64,000 nt of DNA from Escherichia coli (lineage in GTDB: Bacteria; Pseudomonadota; Gammaproteobacteria; Enterobacterales; Enterobacteriaceae): the NCBI RefSeq assembly GCF_048403405.1, contig NZ_CP183129.1. The stretch is one strand, 5' to 3'. A program made the translations under genes and the position numbers. Shown piece after piece: positions 28,998 through 50,063 of the stretch. How positions within the stretch are numbered: the stretch's first letter is position 1; each line of letters begins with the position of its first letter. The notes beneath the pieces are model-generated. The model was not told where the DNA came from. It did not search any database and saw nothing but the letters and a program-made list of their open reading frames with translations.

Positions 28998-29101
28998 ATC
29001 AGCATACTTGTCCTTAGCCTTCTGCAGTGACAGCTGGTAGTACAGCGTGCTTCTGGCCAGCCCTGCAGCCTTTAACAGGTCAGACTGGCAGTGTCCGCAC
29101 C

Positions 29102-29632
29102 TCAGGCTCCGGATGACTTTCGTTTTTTCTCCAGCTCCTGGCGCTTTTTTTCCAGGAGATGCTCCTGCATGGCTTTCAGATATGCATTTTCTGCGCGAAG
29201 ATAACGCAGCTCATTCTTCATCTCTTCCGGCGTCATGTTTGCTTCGTTTTCATGGGTATCATCAGAACGGGTCATGCTTTTCTCCTTCCTGCGCCTGATA
29301 AAGGCCTCATTACCAGATTTGCGGTAGCCTTTTATCCAGTTTTTAACCGTGTTGTGGCTGGGAATGTTAAACCGGGCAGCTACCCGGGGTAGAGACTCAG
29401 AATGCCCGAGAGCATAAAGAACCACGCAAAGTTTATCTTCAGGAGAATAGCTACGCCTGTGTCTGCAATCCAGTGCCCGAGGACCGTGAAGAAGAAAAAG
29501 ATTAATCCAGTGTGAGAGGCTGGTGTGAGAAAGTTGAAAGAGTTTTGCCGTAGAAATGATGCCTGCATGACCGGCCAGGTAATGATTTACAGCGGCAATT
29601 TTTACTTCAAATGAATGTTTCATAAACTGCAC
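29102..29632 (-). CDS. IS3-family transposase OrfA (HTH DNA-binding part)
   Basis: ORF 29102..29632, 176 aa, MKHSFEVKIAAVNHYLAGHAGIISTAKLFQLSHTSLSHWINLF...; an A6 run (gagAAAAAAcg) lies near its 3' end. Confidence 0.85.
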   Translation of the reverse strand: MQFMKHSFEVKIAAVNHYLAGHAGIISTAKLFQLSHTSLSHWINLFLLHGPRALDCRHRRSYSPEDKLCVVLYALGHSESLPRVAARFNIPSHNTVKNWIKGYRKSGNEAFIRRRKEKSMTRSDDTHENEANMTPEEMKNELRYLRAENAYLKAMQEHLLEKKRQELEKKRKSSGA

Positions 29633-29706
29633 CTTCAGATGTCAGATTATGTCCAACATTTGGGGTGCAGTTCAGGCCGCGTCTTATCAGGCCTATAGTT
29701 TGAAAC

Positions 29707-30522
29707 TTATTTAAACCCTTTCTGCTGCTTTATCAGCTCATAGGCCTGCTGAATTTCCTGCGCTTTTTGCTTCGCCATCTCCATCATCTCAGGCGGCAAA
29801 CCTTTCGCCACCAACTTATCGGGATGGTGTTCACTCATCAGCTTACGGTAGGCACGTTTGATGGTGGTCGCATCATCCGTCGGCTTCACGCCCAGCACAT
29901 TACAGGCATCTTCCAGCGTCGGGCCACGCTGCGCTTGCTGCCAGTTACCACCGCCAGATTGCTGCTGATAACCGCCGCCAAACTGCGCCCCGCCCTGCAT
30001 CATGCGCAAAAACTGGTCAAACTGGGCGCGGGAGATCCCTAATTCTTCAGCAATGACATACAGCACCGCCCGTTCATTCGGGTGCAGTGAACCATCAGCA
30101 AACGCCGCCTGAATCTGGATCTCCAGAAACATACGAATTAAGTCAAAACGACCAAAGCAGACACTGCGAAACTGGCGCATCTTTTCGCGCAGCGGGTAAT
30201 TGTCTGATTTTCCCACCCGGAACGCGTTTTGCGCCGCAGTACGGGAAGCGCCATGCAGGTTCATTCGGTCCATCAACTGGCTGGCGATATGAATATCAGC
30301 CTCCGTGACGCGACCTTTGGATTTGGTTAAATGCCCCATCACTTCAAAAGTGGTGGCAAAAAACAGCGCCTGACGCTCACGCTGGTTGGCGAACCACGCC
30401 ATTTTACGGCTACGGGCTTTATCAAACATATGGCCAATTAACAGGCCTAACACTACGCCCCAAAAGCCGCCGCCCATCAGTAAGGCCACGGCCACGCCAA
30501 TGATTTTTCCCCAATACTGCAT
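29707..30522 (-). CDS. djlA: Membrane-anchored DnaJ-like co-chaperone DjlA
   Basis: ORF 29707..30567; start trimmed to [22 protein letters not shown]... (271 aa); C-terminal J-domain with HPD. Confidence 0.93.
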   Translation of the reverse strand: MQYWGKIIGVAVALLMGGGFWGVVLGLLIGHMFDKARSRKMAWFANQRERQALFFATTFEVMGHLTKSKGRVTEADIHIASQLMDRMNLHGASRTAAQNAFRVGKSDNYPLREKMRQFRSVCFGRFDLIRMFLEIQIQAAFADGSLHPNERAVLYVIAEELGISRAQFDQFLRMMQGGAQFGGGYQQQSGGGNWQQAQRGPTLEDACNVLGVKPTDDATTIKRAYRKLMSEHHPDKLVAKGLPPEMMEMAKQKAQEIQQAYELIKQQKGFK

Positions 30523-30776
30523 ATATTCCCCAAATCGACACACGGATATCAGGGCTATCTCCCACAATATAAAGGTGCTTTTACCGTTTTCCGGCTGCGG
30601 TCAATTGTGGGACATCGCCTATAATTTGCATTATCATACCTGTCATTCAATGCCGTGCCTAACACCACTGACGCTATTCGGACAGGATTAACACTAGCGT
30701 AGAGATGACGAGTACGTTAGTCTCTGACCGTTTGTCACGCGCAACGTTACCGATGATGGAACAATAAAATCAACGT

Positions 30777-33130
30777 ATGAAAAAACGTATCCCCACTCTC
30801 CTGGCCACCATGATTGCCACCGCCCTTTATAGTCAACAGGGACTGGCAGCCGACCTCGCCTCACAGTGCATGTTGGGCGTGCCAAGCTATGACCGTCCTC
30901 TGGTACAGGGCGATACCAATGACTTACCCGTGACTATCAATGCTGACCACGCGAAAGGGGACTACCCGGATGACGCCGTGTTTACTGGCAGCGTGGATAT
31001 CATGCAGGGTAACAGCCGTCTGCAGGCCGACGAAGTGCAGCTCCATCAAAAGAGGCACCAGGACAACCGGAGCCGGTACGTACCGTTGATGCGCTCGGTA
31101 ATGTCCATTACGACGATAACCAGGTGATCCTCAAGGGGCCGAAAGGCTGGGCGAATCTGAACACCAAAGATACCAATGTCTGGGAAGGTGATTACCAGAT
31201 GGTGGGTCGTCAGGGCCGCGGTAAAGCGGACCTGATGAAACAACGTGGCGAAAACCGCTATACCATTCTGGATAACGGTAGCTTTACCTCCTGTCTGCCG
31301 GGTTCTGACACCTGGAGCGTGGTAGGTAGCGAAATTATTCATGACCGCGAAGAACAAGTTGCGGAGATCTGGAACGCCCGCTTTAAGGTGGGTCCGGTAC
31401 CGATCTTTTATAGCCCCTATTTGCAGTTGCCGGTGGGTGACAAACGTCGCTCTGGTTTCTTGATCCCGAACGCCAAGTACACCACCACCAACTACTTTGA
31501 GTTCTACCTGCCATATTACTGGAACATCGCGCCAAATATGGATGCCACCATCACGCCGCATTATATGCATCGTCGTGGCAATATCATGTGGGAGAACGAA
31601 TTCCGCTACCTCTCCCAGGCGGGCGCTGGCTTGATGGAACTGGACTATCTGCCTTCAGATAAAGTCTATGAAGATGAACACCCGAACGATGACAGTTCAC
31701 GTCGTTGGTTATTCTACTGGAACCACTCCGGGGTCATGGATCAGGTGTGGCGTTTCAACGTCGACTACACCAAGGTCAGCGATCCTAGCTACTTCAATGA
31801 TTTCGATAACAAGTACGGTTCCAGTACTGACGGCTACGCAACGCAAAAATTCAGCGTTGGCTATGCGGTGCAAAACTTCAATGCCACCGTTTCAACCAAG
31901 CAGTTCCAGGTCTTCAGTGAACAGAACACCAGTAGCTACTCGGCAGAGCCGCAGTTAGACGTTAACTACTACCAGAATGATGTTGGTCCGTTTGATACAC
32001 GCATTTACGGCCAGGCAGTGCACTTTGTAAACACCAGAGACGACATGCCTGAAGCAACCCGTGTTCACCTGGAACCGACCATCAATTTGCCGCTCTCTAA
32101 TAACTGGGGCAGCATCAATACCGAAGCGAAGTTGCTGGCAACCCATTATCAGCAAACTAATCTTGACTGGTATAACTCCAGAAACACAACCAAGCTGGAC
32201 GAATCCGTTAACCGCGTAATGCCGCAATTCAAAGTTGACGGCAAAATGGTCTTTGAACGCGATATGGAAATGCTGGCTCCGGGTTATACCCAAACGCTGG
32301 AACCGCGCGCGCAGTATTTGTACGTGCCGTATCGCGATCAGAGCGACATCTATAACTACGACTCGTCTCTGCTGCAATCTGACTACTCTGGCCTGTTCCG
32401 GGACCGGACTTACGGCGGTCTTGACCGTATTGCCTCCGCTAACCAGGTGACGACCGGTGTCACATCTCGCATATATGATGATGCTGCCGTTGAACGTTTT
32501 AATATTTCCGTTGGTCAAATCTACTATTTCACGGAGTCTCGTACTGGCGATGACAACATAACATGGGAGAATGACGACAAAACGGGCTCACTGGTGTGGG
32601 CAGGCGATACTTACTGGCGTATCTCCGAGCGTTGGGGATTGCGTGGCGGGATTCAGTACGATACACGTCTGGATAACGTAGCGACCAGTAACTCCAGCAT
32701 TGAATACCGTCGGGATGAAGACCGTCTGGTACAGCTGAACTACCGTTACGCCAGCCCGGAATATATTCAGGCTACGCTGCCTAAGTACTATTCCACGGCT
32801 GAGCAATATAAGAATGGTATTTCGCAGGTAGGTGCCGTCGCCAGCTGGCCAATTGCCGATCGTTGGTCAATTGTTGGGGCCTACTACTACGACACCAATG
32901 CGAACAAGCAAGCCGACTCTATGTTAGGTGTGCAATACAGCTCCTGCTGCTATGCAATTCGCGTCGGTTACGAGCGGAAGCTGAACGGTTGGGATAACGA
33001 TAAACAACATGCGGTATATGACAACGCAATCGGCTTTAACATCGAACTTCGCGGCCTGAGCTCCAACTACGGTCTGGGTACGCAAGAGATGCTGCGTTCG
33101 AACATTCTGCCGTATCAAAACACTTTGTGA
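30777..33130 (+). CDS. lptD: LPS-assembly outer membrane protein LptD (Imp/OstA); reading frame interrupted near codon 92 by an apparent 1-bp deletion in an A-run
   Basis: Track ORFs 30777..31127 (116 aa) and 31124..33130 (668 aa) are the two halves of one gene; the locus is 2354 nt, one short of a multiple of three; restoring one A in catcaaaag (around 31046..31052) reads ...[38 protein letters not shown]... straight through. Confidence 0.9.
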
Positions 33131-33182
33131 TTTGTTGATTTACCACGTAATCCGCAGTGCGGTTAATTGAAATGGAAAAAGT

Positions 33183-36276
<3,094 letters not shown>

Positions 36277-36278
36277 CG

Positions 36279-36656
36279 ATGATCAATTCGCCCCGAGTGT
36301 GTATTCAGGTTCAAAGCGTCTACATTGAGGCACAATCTTCACCTGATAATGAACGTTACGTTTTTGCTTATACCGTAACCATACGCAATCTGGGGCGAGC
36401 GCCAGTGCAGTTGTTGGGGCGTTACTGGCTGATCACCAATGGCAATGGCCGTGAAACCGAAGTCCAGGGCGAAGGAGTGGTTGGCGTCCAGCCACTTATC
36501 GCGCCTGGCGAAGAGTACCAGTACACCAGCGGTGCAATCATTGAAACCCCGCTGGGCACCATGCAGGGTCACTACGAAATGATCGATGAAAATGGCGTCC
36601 CTTTCAGCATCGACATTCCCGTATTCCGACTCGCCGTTCCCACACTCATTCATTAA
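36279..36656 (+). CDS. apaG: ApaG (DUF525) protein
   Basis: ORF 36225..36656; start trimmed to [17 protein letters not shown]... (125 aa). Confidence 0.9.
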   Translation: MINSPRVCIQVQSVYIEAQSSPDNERYVFAYTVTIRNLGRAPVQLLGRYWLITNGNGRETEVQGEGVVGVQPLIAPGEEYQYTSGAIIETPLGTMQGHYEMIDENGVPFSIDIPVFRLAVPTLIH

Positions 36657-36662
36657 AAGAAT

Positions 36663-37505
36663 ATGGCGACATACCTTATTGGCGACGTTCATGGTTGTTA
36701 CGATGAACTGATCGCATTGCTGCATAAAGTAGAATTTACCCCTGGGAAAGATACCCTCTGGCTGACGGGCGATCTGGTCGCGCGCGGCCCGGGTTCGCTG
36801 GATGTTCTGCGCTATGTGAAATCCTTAGGCGACAGCGTACGTCTGGTGCTGGGCAATCACGATCTGCATCTGCTGGCGGTATTTGCCGGGATCAGCCGCA
36901 ATAAACCGAAAGATCGCCTGACACCGCTGCTGGAAGCGCCGGATGCCGACGAGCTGCTTAACTGGCTGCGTCGCCAGCCTCTGCTGCAAATCGACGAAGA
37001 GAAAAAGCTGGTGATGGCCCACGCAGGGATCACGCCACAGTGGGATCTACAGACCGCCAAAGAGTGCGCGCGCGATGTAGAAGCGGTGCTGTCGAGTGAC
37101 TCCTATCCCTTCTTCCTTGATGCCATGTACGGCGATATGCCAAATAACTGGTCACCGGAATTGCGGGGGCTGGGAAGACTGCGGTTTATCACCAACGCCT
37201 TTACCCGTATGCGTTTTTGCTTCCCGAACGGGCAACTGGATATGTACAGCAAAGAATCGCCGGAAGAAGCCCCTGCCCCACTGAAACCGTGGTTTGCGAT
37301 TCCTGGCCCTGTCGCTGAAGAATACAGCATCGCCTTTGGTCACTGGGCATCGCTGGAAGGCAAAGGTACGCCGGAAGGTATTTACGCGCTGGATACTGGC
37401 TGCTGCTGGGGTGGTACATTAACCTGCCTGCGCTGGGAAGATAAACACTATTTTGTCCAGCCGTCGAACCGGCATAAGGATTTGGGCGAAGCGGCGGCGT
37501 CTTAA
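36663..37505 (+). CDS. apaH: Diadenosine tetraphosphatase (symmetrical Ap4A hydrolase)
   Basis: ORF 36663..37505, 280 aa; metallophosphatase motifs GDVHGC, GDLVARG, GNHD. Confidence 0.94.
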   Translation: MATYLIGDVHGCYDELIALLHKVEFTPGKDTLWLTGDLVARGPGSLDVLRYVKSLGDSVRLVLGNHDLHLLAVFAGISRNKPKDRLTPLLEAPDADELLNWLRRQPLLQIDEEKKLVMAHAGITPQWDLQTAKECARDVEAVLSSDSYPFFLDAMYGDMPNNWSPELRGLGRLRFITNAFTRMRFCFPNGQLDMYSKESPEEAPAPLKPWFAIPGPVAEEYSIAFGHWASLEGKGTPEGIYALDTGCCWGGTLTCLRWEDKHYFVQPSNRHKDLGEAAAS

Positions 37506-37509
37506 ACAC

Positions 37510-37562
37510 AGCCTGATACAGGAAGGCCGGATAAGACGCGACCGGCGTCGCATCCGGCACTA
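37510..37562. repeat. REP element
   Basis: gcctgatacaggaaggccggataagacgcgaccggcgtcgcatccggcac between convergent apaH and folA. Confidence 0.65.
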
Positions 37563-37582
37563 GCCGTAAATTCTATACAAAC

Positions 37583-40108
<2,526 letters not shown>

Positions 40109-40116
<8 letters not shown>

Positions 40117-40639
40117 GATGTGCCTCCTGCCATTCCAGCAGACGTTGCTTATAGTGCCGCGCCTGCCCTTCGAGGGTTTCGTCGTCACAAATAAAGGTGC
40201 AGTGCATGGCAAACGGTGGCAGCCAGTTCAGCCCGCAGTAGATTGCCGTCGCCTGTAGCGGCTGTGACAGCACATCAAAGCCCGGATGCGCACCAATCTC
40301 AAAATGGCTTTCCCCACCGCCGGTCGTCACCGCCCACAGTAAATGTTTGCCATGCAGCGCCGTGCCGCCGTGACCGTAAGCCCAGCCGTGCGAGAAGACT
40401 TTATCGATCCAAAGTTTAAGAAGCGGAGGAATGCTGTACCACTGCATCGGGTGCTGCCAGACGATCAGATCGGCGCGAGACAGCGCCTCCTGCTCGGCGG
40501 CAATATCGATATTGAAGTCAGGATAGAGTTGATAAAGAGAGCGAATTTCGACGCCTTCCAGCGTCCTTGCCTGTTCAAGCATCCGTTTATTCGCATGGGA
40601 ATGATGCGGATACGGATGCGCATAAATTATAAGAATCAT
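40109..40639 (-). CDS. kefF: KefC ancillary flavoprotein (quinone oxidoreductase) KefF
   Basis: ORF 40109..40639, 176 aa, [23 protein letters not shown]... Confidence 0.93.
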
Positions 40640-40746
40640 AGGTAGCCCGCGTGATTACGCCTTTGTTTTCCCACAAAGTGTAGTCATATATTCACGCGGC
40701 TTATAGTCAATAATATTGATTCAGAAAAGAGAGAAATCTGAACAAA

Positions 40747-42078
40747 TTACCCCATTCTCTGCCCGCGGATGGTCATATTGCTGGTCTGCGCCAGTGACAT
40801 CCCTCGAGTCTCCGGGGCAAACGCTACGGAAATCAACAAGCCAAACAGCGAGATACCCGCCCCCATTAGCATCGTGTTACTGATACCGTAATTGTTGATA
40901 AAGATCGGCAGTGCCCAGGTCGAAACAATAGTGCCAATACGACTTAAGGACATAATCACGCCCACGGCAGAGGCGCGGATATCTGTCGGGAAGAGTTCAT
41001 TAGGATAGAGCCACTGCAAATTACCTGGCCCGCCAGAGAAAAAGGCATACACCGCAAAGGCCATCACTACCAGCCAGATCCCCATATCCGGGATCAGCCC
41101 CAAAACCGCCAGCGCCAGCGTCATCATGGCAAAGCTGCCAATCAACAATGGACGCCGTCCGGCAGTGTTTAACCACAGCATCGGCGGAATACAGCCAAGC
41201 ATAAAGAACAGGCTAATCACCACATTCCCCAGTGCCGCGTTTTTGCCAACCCCCAACCCCAACAAACCAACGATTTGCGGGCCAAAGGTGTAAATGGCGA
41301 ACATTGGGATCACCTGGCAGGTCCAGATGGCGGCAACAAACAGAACAAAAGGAAAATGGCGGCGATTAAACAGATCGCGAAAACGGGTTTGCTGCGGCTG
41401 CTCTTCATCGAAAGCCACCGGTTCGCCAAACAGTTTGATCATCATCTCTTCGCACTCTTTTACTCGCCCTTTGCGTAACAACCAGCGGGGAGATTCAGGC
41501 AGTTCGAATCGACCAATCAAAATCAACAAACAGGGGATCGCTGCGCTACCCAGCATCCAGCGCCAACCACCTTCCACATCATAAAGCCAGTAACCGACCA
41601 GATCGGCGCAGGTCGCGCCGACATACCACATGGCGGCGATAAAGCTGATGGAAAATGCCCGCTGACGGGTACTGGAGAACTCGGTGATCATTGAGGTGGC
41701 AATGGGATAATCTGCACCGATGACAATGCCGATGAGTACCCGCATCACCAACAGTTCGACGGGGGATGAGACAAACATCGTCGCCACCGATATCACGCCG
41801 ATGGCGATGATATCAATGAGGAACATTTTGCGCCGTCCGACTTTATCGGAAATATAACCAAACAGCGATGTGCCAACGAACAGCCCGGCGAGCGTTCCCG
41901 CGCCCAGCAAGCCAATCCAGTCAGCGTCCAGTTTCAGCGCCGGGGTCAGTTGCTCCAGCGCCACGCCAATCATTACCAGTACATAACCATCCAGAAACGG
42001 ACCACCGCTTCCCCACAGCAAAATGCGGCGGTGAATAGAGGAGAATTTGAGATCGTCAAAGTTTCTGGACGGTTGCAT
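40747..42078 (-). CDS. yaaU: Putative MFS transporter YaaU
   Basis: ORF 40747..42078, 443 aa, 12-TM major facilitator-like sequence. Confidence 0.9.
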   Translation of the reverse strand: MQPSRNFDDLKFSSIHRRILLWGSGGPFLDGYVLVMIGVALEQLTPALKLDADWIGLLGAGTLAGLFVGTSLFGYISDKVGRRKMFLIDIIAIGVISVATMFVSSPVELLVMRVLIGIVIGADYPIATSMITEFSSTRQRAFSISFIAAMWYVGATCADLVGYWLYDVEGGWRWMLGSAAIPCLLILIGRFELPESPRWLLRKGRVKECEEMMIKLFGEPVAFDEEQPQQTRFRDLFNRRHFPFVLFVAAIWTCQVIPMFAIYTFGPQIVGLLGLGVGKNAALGNVVISLFFMLGCIPPMLWLNTAGRRPLLIGSFAMMTLALAVLGLIPDMGIWLVVMAFAVYAFFSGGPGNLQWLYPNELFPTDIRASAVGVIMSLSRIGTIVSTWALPIFINNYGISNTMLMGAGISLFGLLISVAFAPETRGMSLAQTSNMTIRGQRMG

Positions 42079-42136
42079 GGGTTATTCCTGTTTTTTTGCA
42101 ATGAGAGTCAGTACGGCGTTACGTATCAAACCAACA

Positions 42137-42424
42137 TCAGCCGTAACGAAACTCCACACCAAAGGTGCCGCGCGGGTATTCCCACTGTTCCAGCGCCGAC
42201 CCCAGCCCCAGAATGCGACAGGTGCCACACTCCAGACATCCGGCGTAATCGAAACGCACGCTTCCGTCATCCTGCTTCTTGTACAGACCTGCGGGGCACG
42301 CTTTCACCAGCAGCTCCAGCACCTGTTTATCAGCATCGGCCTTCACAACAATGTGCGGATGCTCTTCATCGACATTGAATTTATTGACGCCCAGTTTGAC
42401 GTCCACATTGACGGGAGAAGTCAT
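42137..42424 (-). CDS. fixX: Ferredoxin-like protein FixX
   Basis: ORF 42137..42424, 95 aa, Cys-rich (CLECGTCR). Confidence 0.92.
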   Translation of the reverse strand: MTSPVNVDVKLGVNKFNVDEEHPHIVVKADADKQVLELLVKACPAGLYKKQDDGSVRFDYAGCLECGTCRILGLGSALEQWEYPRGTFGVEFRYG

Positions 42425-43707
42425 AAAACGGTCACTCCTTTCATGCCATCCTTGATTAGATTGATGAAGCCCACTTTCTTACCGTGGCGGAGGATTTTCT
42501 TGCGCATCAGTTCCGGCACACTGCCGTCAATGGTGAACAGGTCACGCGCCACGCCCACCGCCAGTTCCGGGTAGCCGCTAAACATGCGTGGGTTATCAAG
42601 GAACGCCGGTAGTTTCTGATACATACGCATATCGCGCAGCGGACCACTCTCAAGATGCTGACGATATTCCGCCAGTTTTTGCTTACTGAAATCGTCGCTT
42701 TTCATCGCTGAAAGCACGGTTTTTGCTGCGGCTTCCCCGGCGGCAATCGCCAGATCCATACCGCGAATGGTAAAACCGAGGTTCATACACATTCCGGCGG
42801 CATCACCGGCAATCAGTACGCCGTCACCGACCAGCTCCGGCAGCATGTTGATGCCTGCTTCCGGCACTACGTGAGCGGAATATTCCACCAGCTTGCCGCC
42901 TGCGATCAGCGGTGCAACGGCCGGATGTTGTTTGAAATCTTCCAGCATTTGCGGCACCGATTTTTTCGCGTCATGTAGATGATGCAGACCACAAACCAAC
43001 CCCAGCGACAGAGTGTTTTCATTGGTATAAAGAAAGCCGCCGCCCATCAGGCCATCGGTGGGTGATCCCGCAAACAGGCAAGCCGCGCCCTGATTACCCT
43101 GCAACTGAAAACGGTCTTCGATTACCGACTTCGGTAACTCGATCAGTTCCTTCACGCCAACCGCCACATCCGTCGGTTTAACGCGTTTTGCCATCCCCAG
43201 CTTTTCGGCAAGGATGGAGTTCACCCCGTCAGCAAGGATCACCGTTTTCGCTTCAATCACATCGCCATCGGCTTCTACGCCGACAACTTTGCCATCGCGC
43301 TGTACGAGGTTATCGACACGAATCCCGGTAATTAACTGCGCGCCCGCTTCTTCGGCCTGCTCCATCAACCAGGCATCAAATTTACTGCGCAAAACGGAGT
43401 AAGAACGCTGGGATGGCGAGGTTTCGTCGCCATTGCAGTAGTCCATGGTCATCGCTGACTTTTCCGTCATAAACGCGAGTTTTTCATGGGTGATCAGGCG
43501 TTCTACGGGGGCGGATTCGGCGAAACCAGGAATAATGTGTTCCAGGCTGTGGGCATAGAGACGCCCGCCGGTGACGTTCTTGGCACCTGCGGAATTGCCA
43601 CGCTCGATAACTAACACTTGCGCACCTTCGCGGGCGAGCACCAGTGCGGCAACCGAACCGGCAAGCCCAGCACCGACGATGATGGCGTCAAAGATATCTT
43701 CGGACAT
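42421..43707 (-). CDS. fixC: FAD-dependent oxidoreductase FixC (ETF-quinone oxidoreductase-like)
   Basis: ORF 42421..43707, 428 aa; N-terminal FAD fold DAIIVGAGLAGSVAA. Confidence 0.93.
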   Translation of the reverse strand: MSEDIFDAIIVGAGLAGSVAALVLAREGAQVLVIERGNSAGAKNVTGGRLYAHSLEHIIPGFAESAPVERLITHEKLAFMTEKSAMTMDYCNGDETSPSQRSYSVLRSKFDAWLMEQAEEAGAQLITGIRVDNLVQRDGKVVGVEADGDVIEAKTVILADGVNSILAEKLGMAKRVKPTDVAVGVKELIELPKSVIEDRFQLQGNQGAACLFAGSPTDGLMGGGFLYTNENTLSLGLVCGLHHLHDAKKSVPQMLEDFKQHPAVAPLIAGGKLVEYSAHVVPEAGINMLPELVGDGVLIAGDAAGMCMNLGFTIRGMDLAIAAGEAAAKTVLSAMKSDDFSKQKLAEYRQHLESGPLRDMRMYQKLPAFLDNPRMFSGYPELAVGVARDLFTIDGSVPELMRKKILRHGKKVGFINLIKDGMKGVTVL

Positions 43708-43757
43708 AAGAACTCCCTGTCAGCGGCAGGGCCGTAATGCAGCCCTGCCAGAGTGGA

Positions 43758-44699
43758 TCAACGCGCTAAAGCTGCGGTCAGCGCCGGAAGGATCTTCACG
43801 GCGTCGCCAACAATGCCGTAATCCGCGTACTGGAAGATCGGCGCATTTTTATCTTTGTTGATGGCGAAAATGGTTTGCGACGCGTTAGCACCAACCATGT
43901 GCTGGATCTGCCCGGAGATCCCCACCGCCAGGTACAGTTCAGGTTTCAGCATCAGGTTGGAGATACCGACATAGCGTTCGTGCTCCATCCATTTTTCGTT
44001 TTCTGCCACCGGACGAGAACAGGCCAACTCCGCACCTATCGCCTTACAAAGCTGTTCTGCCAGCGCAATGTTATCTTTGCTGCCAATGCCGCGACCGACG
44101 CTGACCACCAGACGGGCTTTGTCGAGATCGACGCTGTTACTCTGGCGCGCCTGGGTTGCCGTGCGCGTAATCGCCACCGCCGGAGCCTGCCACTCCACGG
44201 TGTGCGTTTCGCCAGTGCGTGACGCGTCTGGCTGAGCCGCATCGAACGTGCCGCTGCTGATGGTCAGTACCGCATACGGCGTGGCAATGCGTTCTTCGCC
44301 AATCGCCAGACCACCGTAAACCATGTGTTTCACTGTCGCTTTACCGTCCTGTACGCTGACGGTGCTGGCATCGTTAGACACCGCCGCTTTAAGGCGATAA
44401 CCCAGTTTTGCCGCCAGTAATTTACCGCGACGGGTATTCGGCAACAGCACCAGGCCGTCTGCGCCGTGCTGGCGAATAGTGTCAGCCATGACACCGGCGT
44501 AATCTTCAATCATCCGATCATCTGGTTTGCCGTTTAATTTCCAGACATGATTAGCGCCGAGCTGGATTGCCTGTGCGCCGTCGGCATCATTGAGGACAAA
44601 GGTGTTGATTTGATTAGCTAAAGCCTGCGCACCGTTCATCAGTTCCGGCAGACGAGAAGGGGTATCGCTGAATACCCAGACTTGAGAAAACGTGTTCAT
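43758..44699 (-). CDS. fixB: Electron transfer flavoprotein alpha-subunit homologue FixB
   Basis: ORF 43758..44699, 313 aa. Confidence 0.93.
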   Translation of the reverse strand: MNTFSQVWVFSDTPSRLPELMNGAQALANQINTFVLNDADGAQAIQLGANHVWKLNGKPDDRMIEDYAGVMADTIRQHGADGLVLLPNTRRGKLLAAKLGYRLKAAVSNDASTVSVQDGKATVKHMVYGGLAIGEERIATPYAVLTISSGTFDAAQPDASRTGETHTVEWQAPAVAITRTATQARQSNSVDLDKARLVVSVGRGIGSKDNIALAEQLCKAIGAELACSRPVAENEKWMEHERYVGISNLMLKPELYLAVGISGQIQHMVGANASQTIFAINKDKNAPIFQYADYGIVGDAVKILPALTAALAR

Positions 44700-44713
44700 A
44701 GCATCCCCTGTAA

Positions 44714-45484
44714 TTAAATGACTTTGCGAAGATTTTCAGCAAATGCGGCGATCTGTTCTTCGCCGTCGCCTTCAATCACGATGCGCTGACGCTCGCGCTG
44801 TTTCGGTGCGGCAACCTGTTGTTCAGACCAGGCTTCCACGGCGTTAAAGCCAATATCCGCCGCCGACCATACCTGGACTGGCTTTTTCGCCGCGCCGAGA
44901 ATGGCTTTCATCGAAGGAATTTGTGGGGAATTGATATCAGTGGAAACAGCAACAACCGCAGGCAGCGGAATGCTTAAGGTTTCTGTTTCATCTTCCAGTT
45001 CGCGCTCAACGGTGAGGGTATCTGCCGTCAGAGAGATAATTTTGCTGACGCCGTTAACTGCCGGAATATTGAGGATTTCGCCTACCAGCAAACCAACCTG
45101 CTGGGCATAAAGGTCGGAAGAACCATCGCCACAGAGGATCAAATCAAAGCCTGCTTTCTGGGCGGCGGCAGCCAGTGCGCTCGCCGTTTGTTGCGGCAGT
45201 GCCTGCTCGAACTGGTCATCAATCACCACAATCAGTTCATCCGGACCGCGCGATAGCACATCTTTACGCCCTTTGGCGTTGGTCAGGGCTTTACCGCCCA
45301 CACTTAAGGCCGTCACCTGCGCCTCTGCTGCCTGTTGCTTTAGCTGACAAGCCGCTTCAATAGCGTTGAGATCGTATTGGCTTATTTTGGCATCGGCTTT
45401 ACTGAAGTCTAACGAACCATCAGCATTATTGACCGCAATATCCTGTTCATCAGGCACGCACTTATAGCAAGTAATAATCTTCAT
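44714..45484 (-). CDS. fixA: Electron transfer flavoprotein beta-subunit homologue FixA
   Basis: ORF 44714..45547; start trimmed to [18 protein letters not shown]... (256 aa). Confidence 0.92.
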   Translation of the reverse strand: MKIITCYKCVPDEQDIAVNNADGSLDFSKADAKISQYDLNAIEAACQLKQQAAEAQVTALSVGGKALTNAKGRKDVLSRGPDELIVVIDDQFEQALPQQTASALAAAAQKAGFDLILCGDGSSDLYAQQVGLLVGEILNIPAVNGVSKIISLTADTLTVERELEDETETLSIPLPAVVAVSTDINSPQIPSMKAILGAAKKPVQVWSAADIGFNAVEAWSEQQVAAPKQRERQRIVIEGDGEEQIAAFAENLRKVI

Positions 45485-47471
<1,987 letters not shown>

Positions 47472-47501
47472 TTAACCCCCAAAATATCAAGAGGTTGAAA
47501 G

Positions 47502-48644
47502 ATGGATTTTAATTTAAATGATGAGCAGGAACTGTTTGTCGCCGGTATCCGCGAACTGATGGCCAGCGAAAACTGGGAGGCCTATTTTGCCGAGTGCGAC
47601 CGTGACAGCGTCTACCCGGAACGTTTTGTCAAAGCACTGGCGGATATGGGTATCGACAGTCTGCTGATCCCTGAAGAGCACGGTGGTCTGGACGCGGGGT
47701 TTGTTACTCTCGCCGCCGTGTGGATGGAGCTGGGACGTCTGGGGGCACCAACCTATGTGCTGTACCAGTTGCCGGGCGGGTTTAACACCTTCCTGCGTGA
47801 AGGTACGCAAGAGCAGATCGACAAAATTATGGCTTTCCGCGGCACCGGTAAGCAGATGTGGAACTCAGCGATTACCGAACCGGGCGCGGGCTCCGACGTG
47901 GGTAGCCTGAAAACGACTTATACCCGTAGAAATGGTAAGATTTATCTTAATGGTAGTAAGTGTTTTATTACCAGCAGCGCCTACACCCCGTACATCGTGG
48001 TGATGGCGCGCGACGGGGCTTCTCCGGACAAACCTGTCTACACCGAATGGTTTGTTGATATGAGCAAACCGGGCATCAAAGTGACCAAACTTGAAAAGCT
48101 CGGTCTGCGTATGGATAGCTGCTGTGAAATCACTTTTGACGACGTGGAACTGGACGAGAAAGACATGTTCGGTCGGGAAGGTAACGGCTTTAACCGCGTC
48201 AAAGAAGAGTTCGACCATGAACGTTTCCTGGTAGCCCTGACCAACTACGGTACGGCGATGTGCGCCTTTGAAGATGCGGCGCGCTACGCCAACCAGCGCG
48301 TGCAGTTTGGCGAGGCTATTGGTCGTTTCCAGTTGATTCAGGAAAAATTCGCCCACATGGCGATCAAATTAAACTCCATGAAAAACATGCTGTATGAAGC
48401 AGCGTGGAAAGCAGACAACGGCACCATCACCTCTGGCGATGCAGCGATGTGCAAATACTTCTGCGCCAATGCGGCATTTGAAGTGGTGGATAGCGCTATG
48501 CAGGTGCTGGGCGGTGTCGGGATTGCGGGCAACCACCGCATCAGCCGCTTCTGGCGTGACCTGCGTGTAGACCGCGTTTCCGGGGGATCTGACGAAATGC
48601 AGATCCTGACGCTGGGTCGCGCGGTGCTGAAGCAATACCGCTAA
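47502..48644 (+). CDS. caiA: Crotonobetainyl-CoA reductase (acyl-CoA dehydrogenase family)
   Basis: ORF 47502..48644, 380 aa. Confidence 0.95.
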
Positions 48645-48645
48645 G

Positions 48646-48740
48646 TCCGTGCGCTGCCTGATGCGACGCTGACGCGTCTTATCAGACCTACGGGAGCACG
48701 AATGTAGGCCGGATAAAGCGTTTACGCCGCATCCGGCAGT
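48646..48740. repeat. REP element cluster
   Basis: gcctgatgcgacgctgacgcgtcttatcagacctac...gtaggccggataaagcgtttacgccgcatccggca between caiA and caiB. Confidence 0.7.
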
Positions 48741-48754
48741 CATGCGCTACATAA

Positions 48755-49990
<1,236 letters not shown>

Positions 49991-50063
49991 ACGCGTGGCG
50001 TCAGTCGGCTTGCCTGACTAGCGCCCGCCCAATAACAAACGAACAACAATGGATAGAGGTGCA

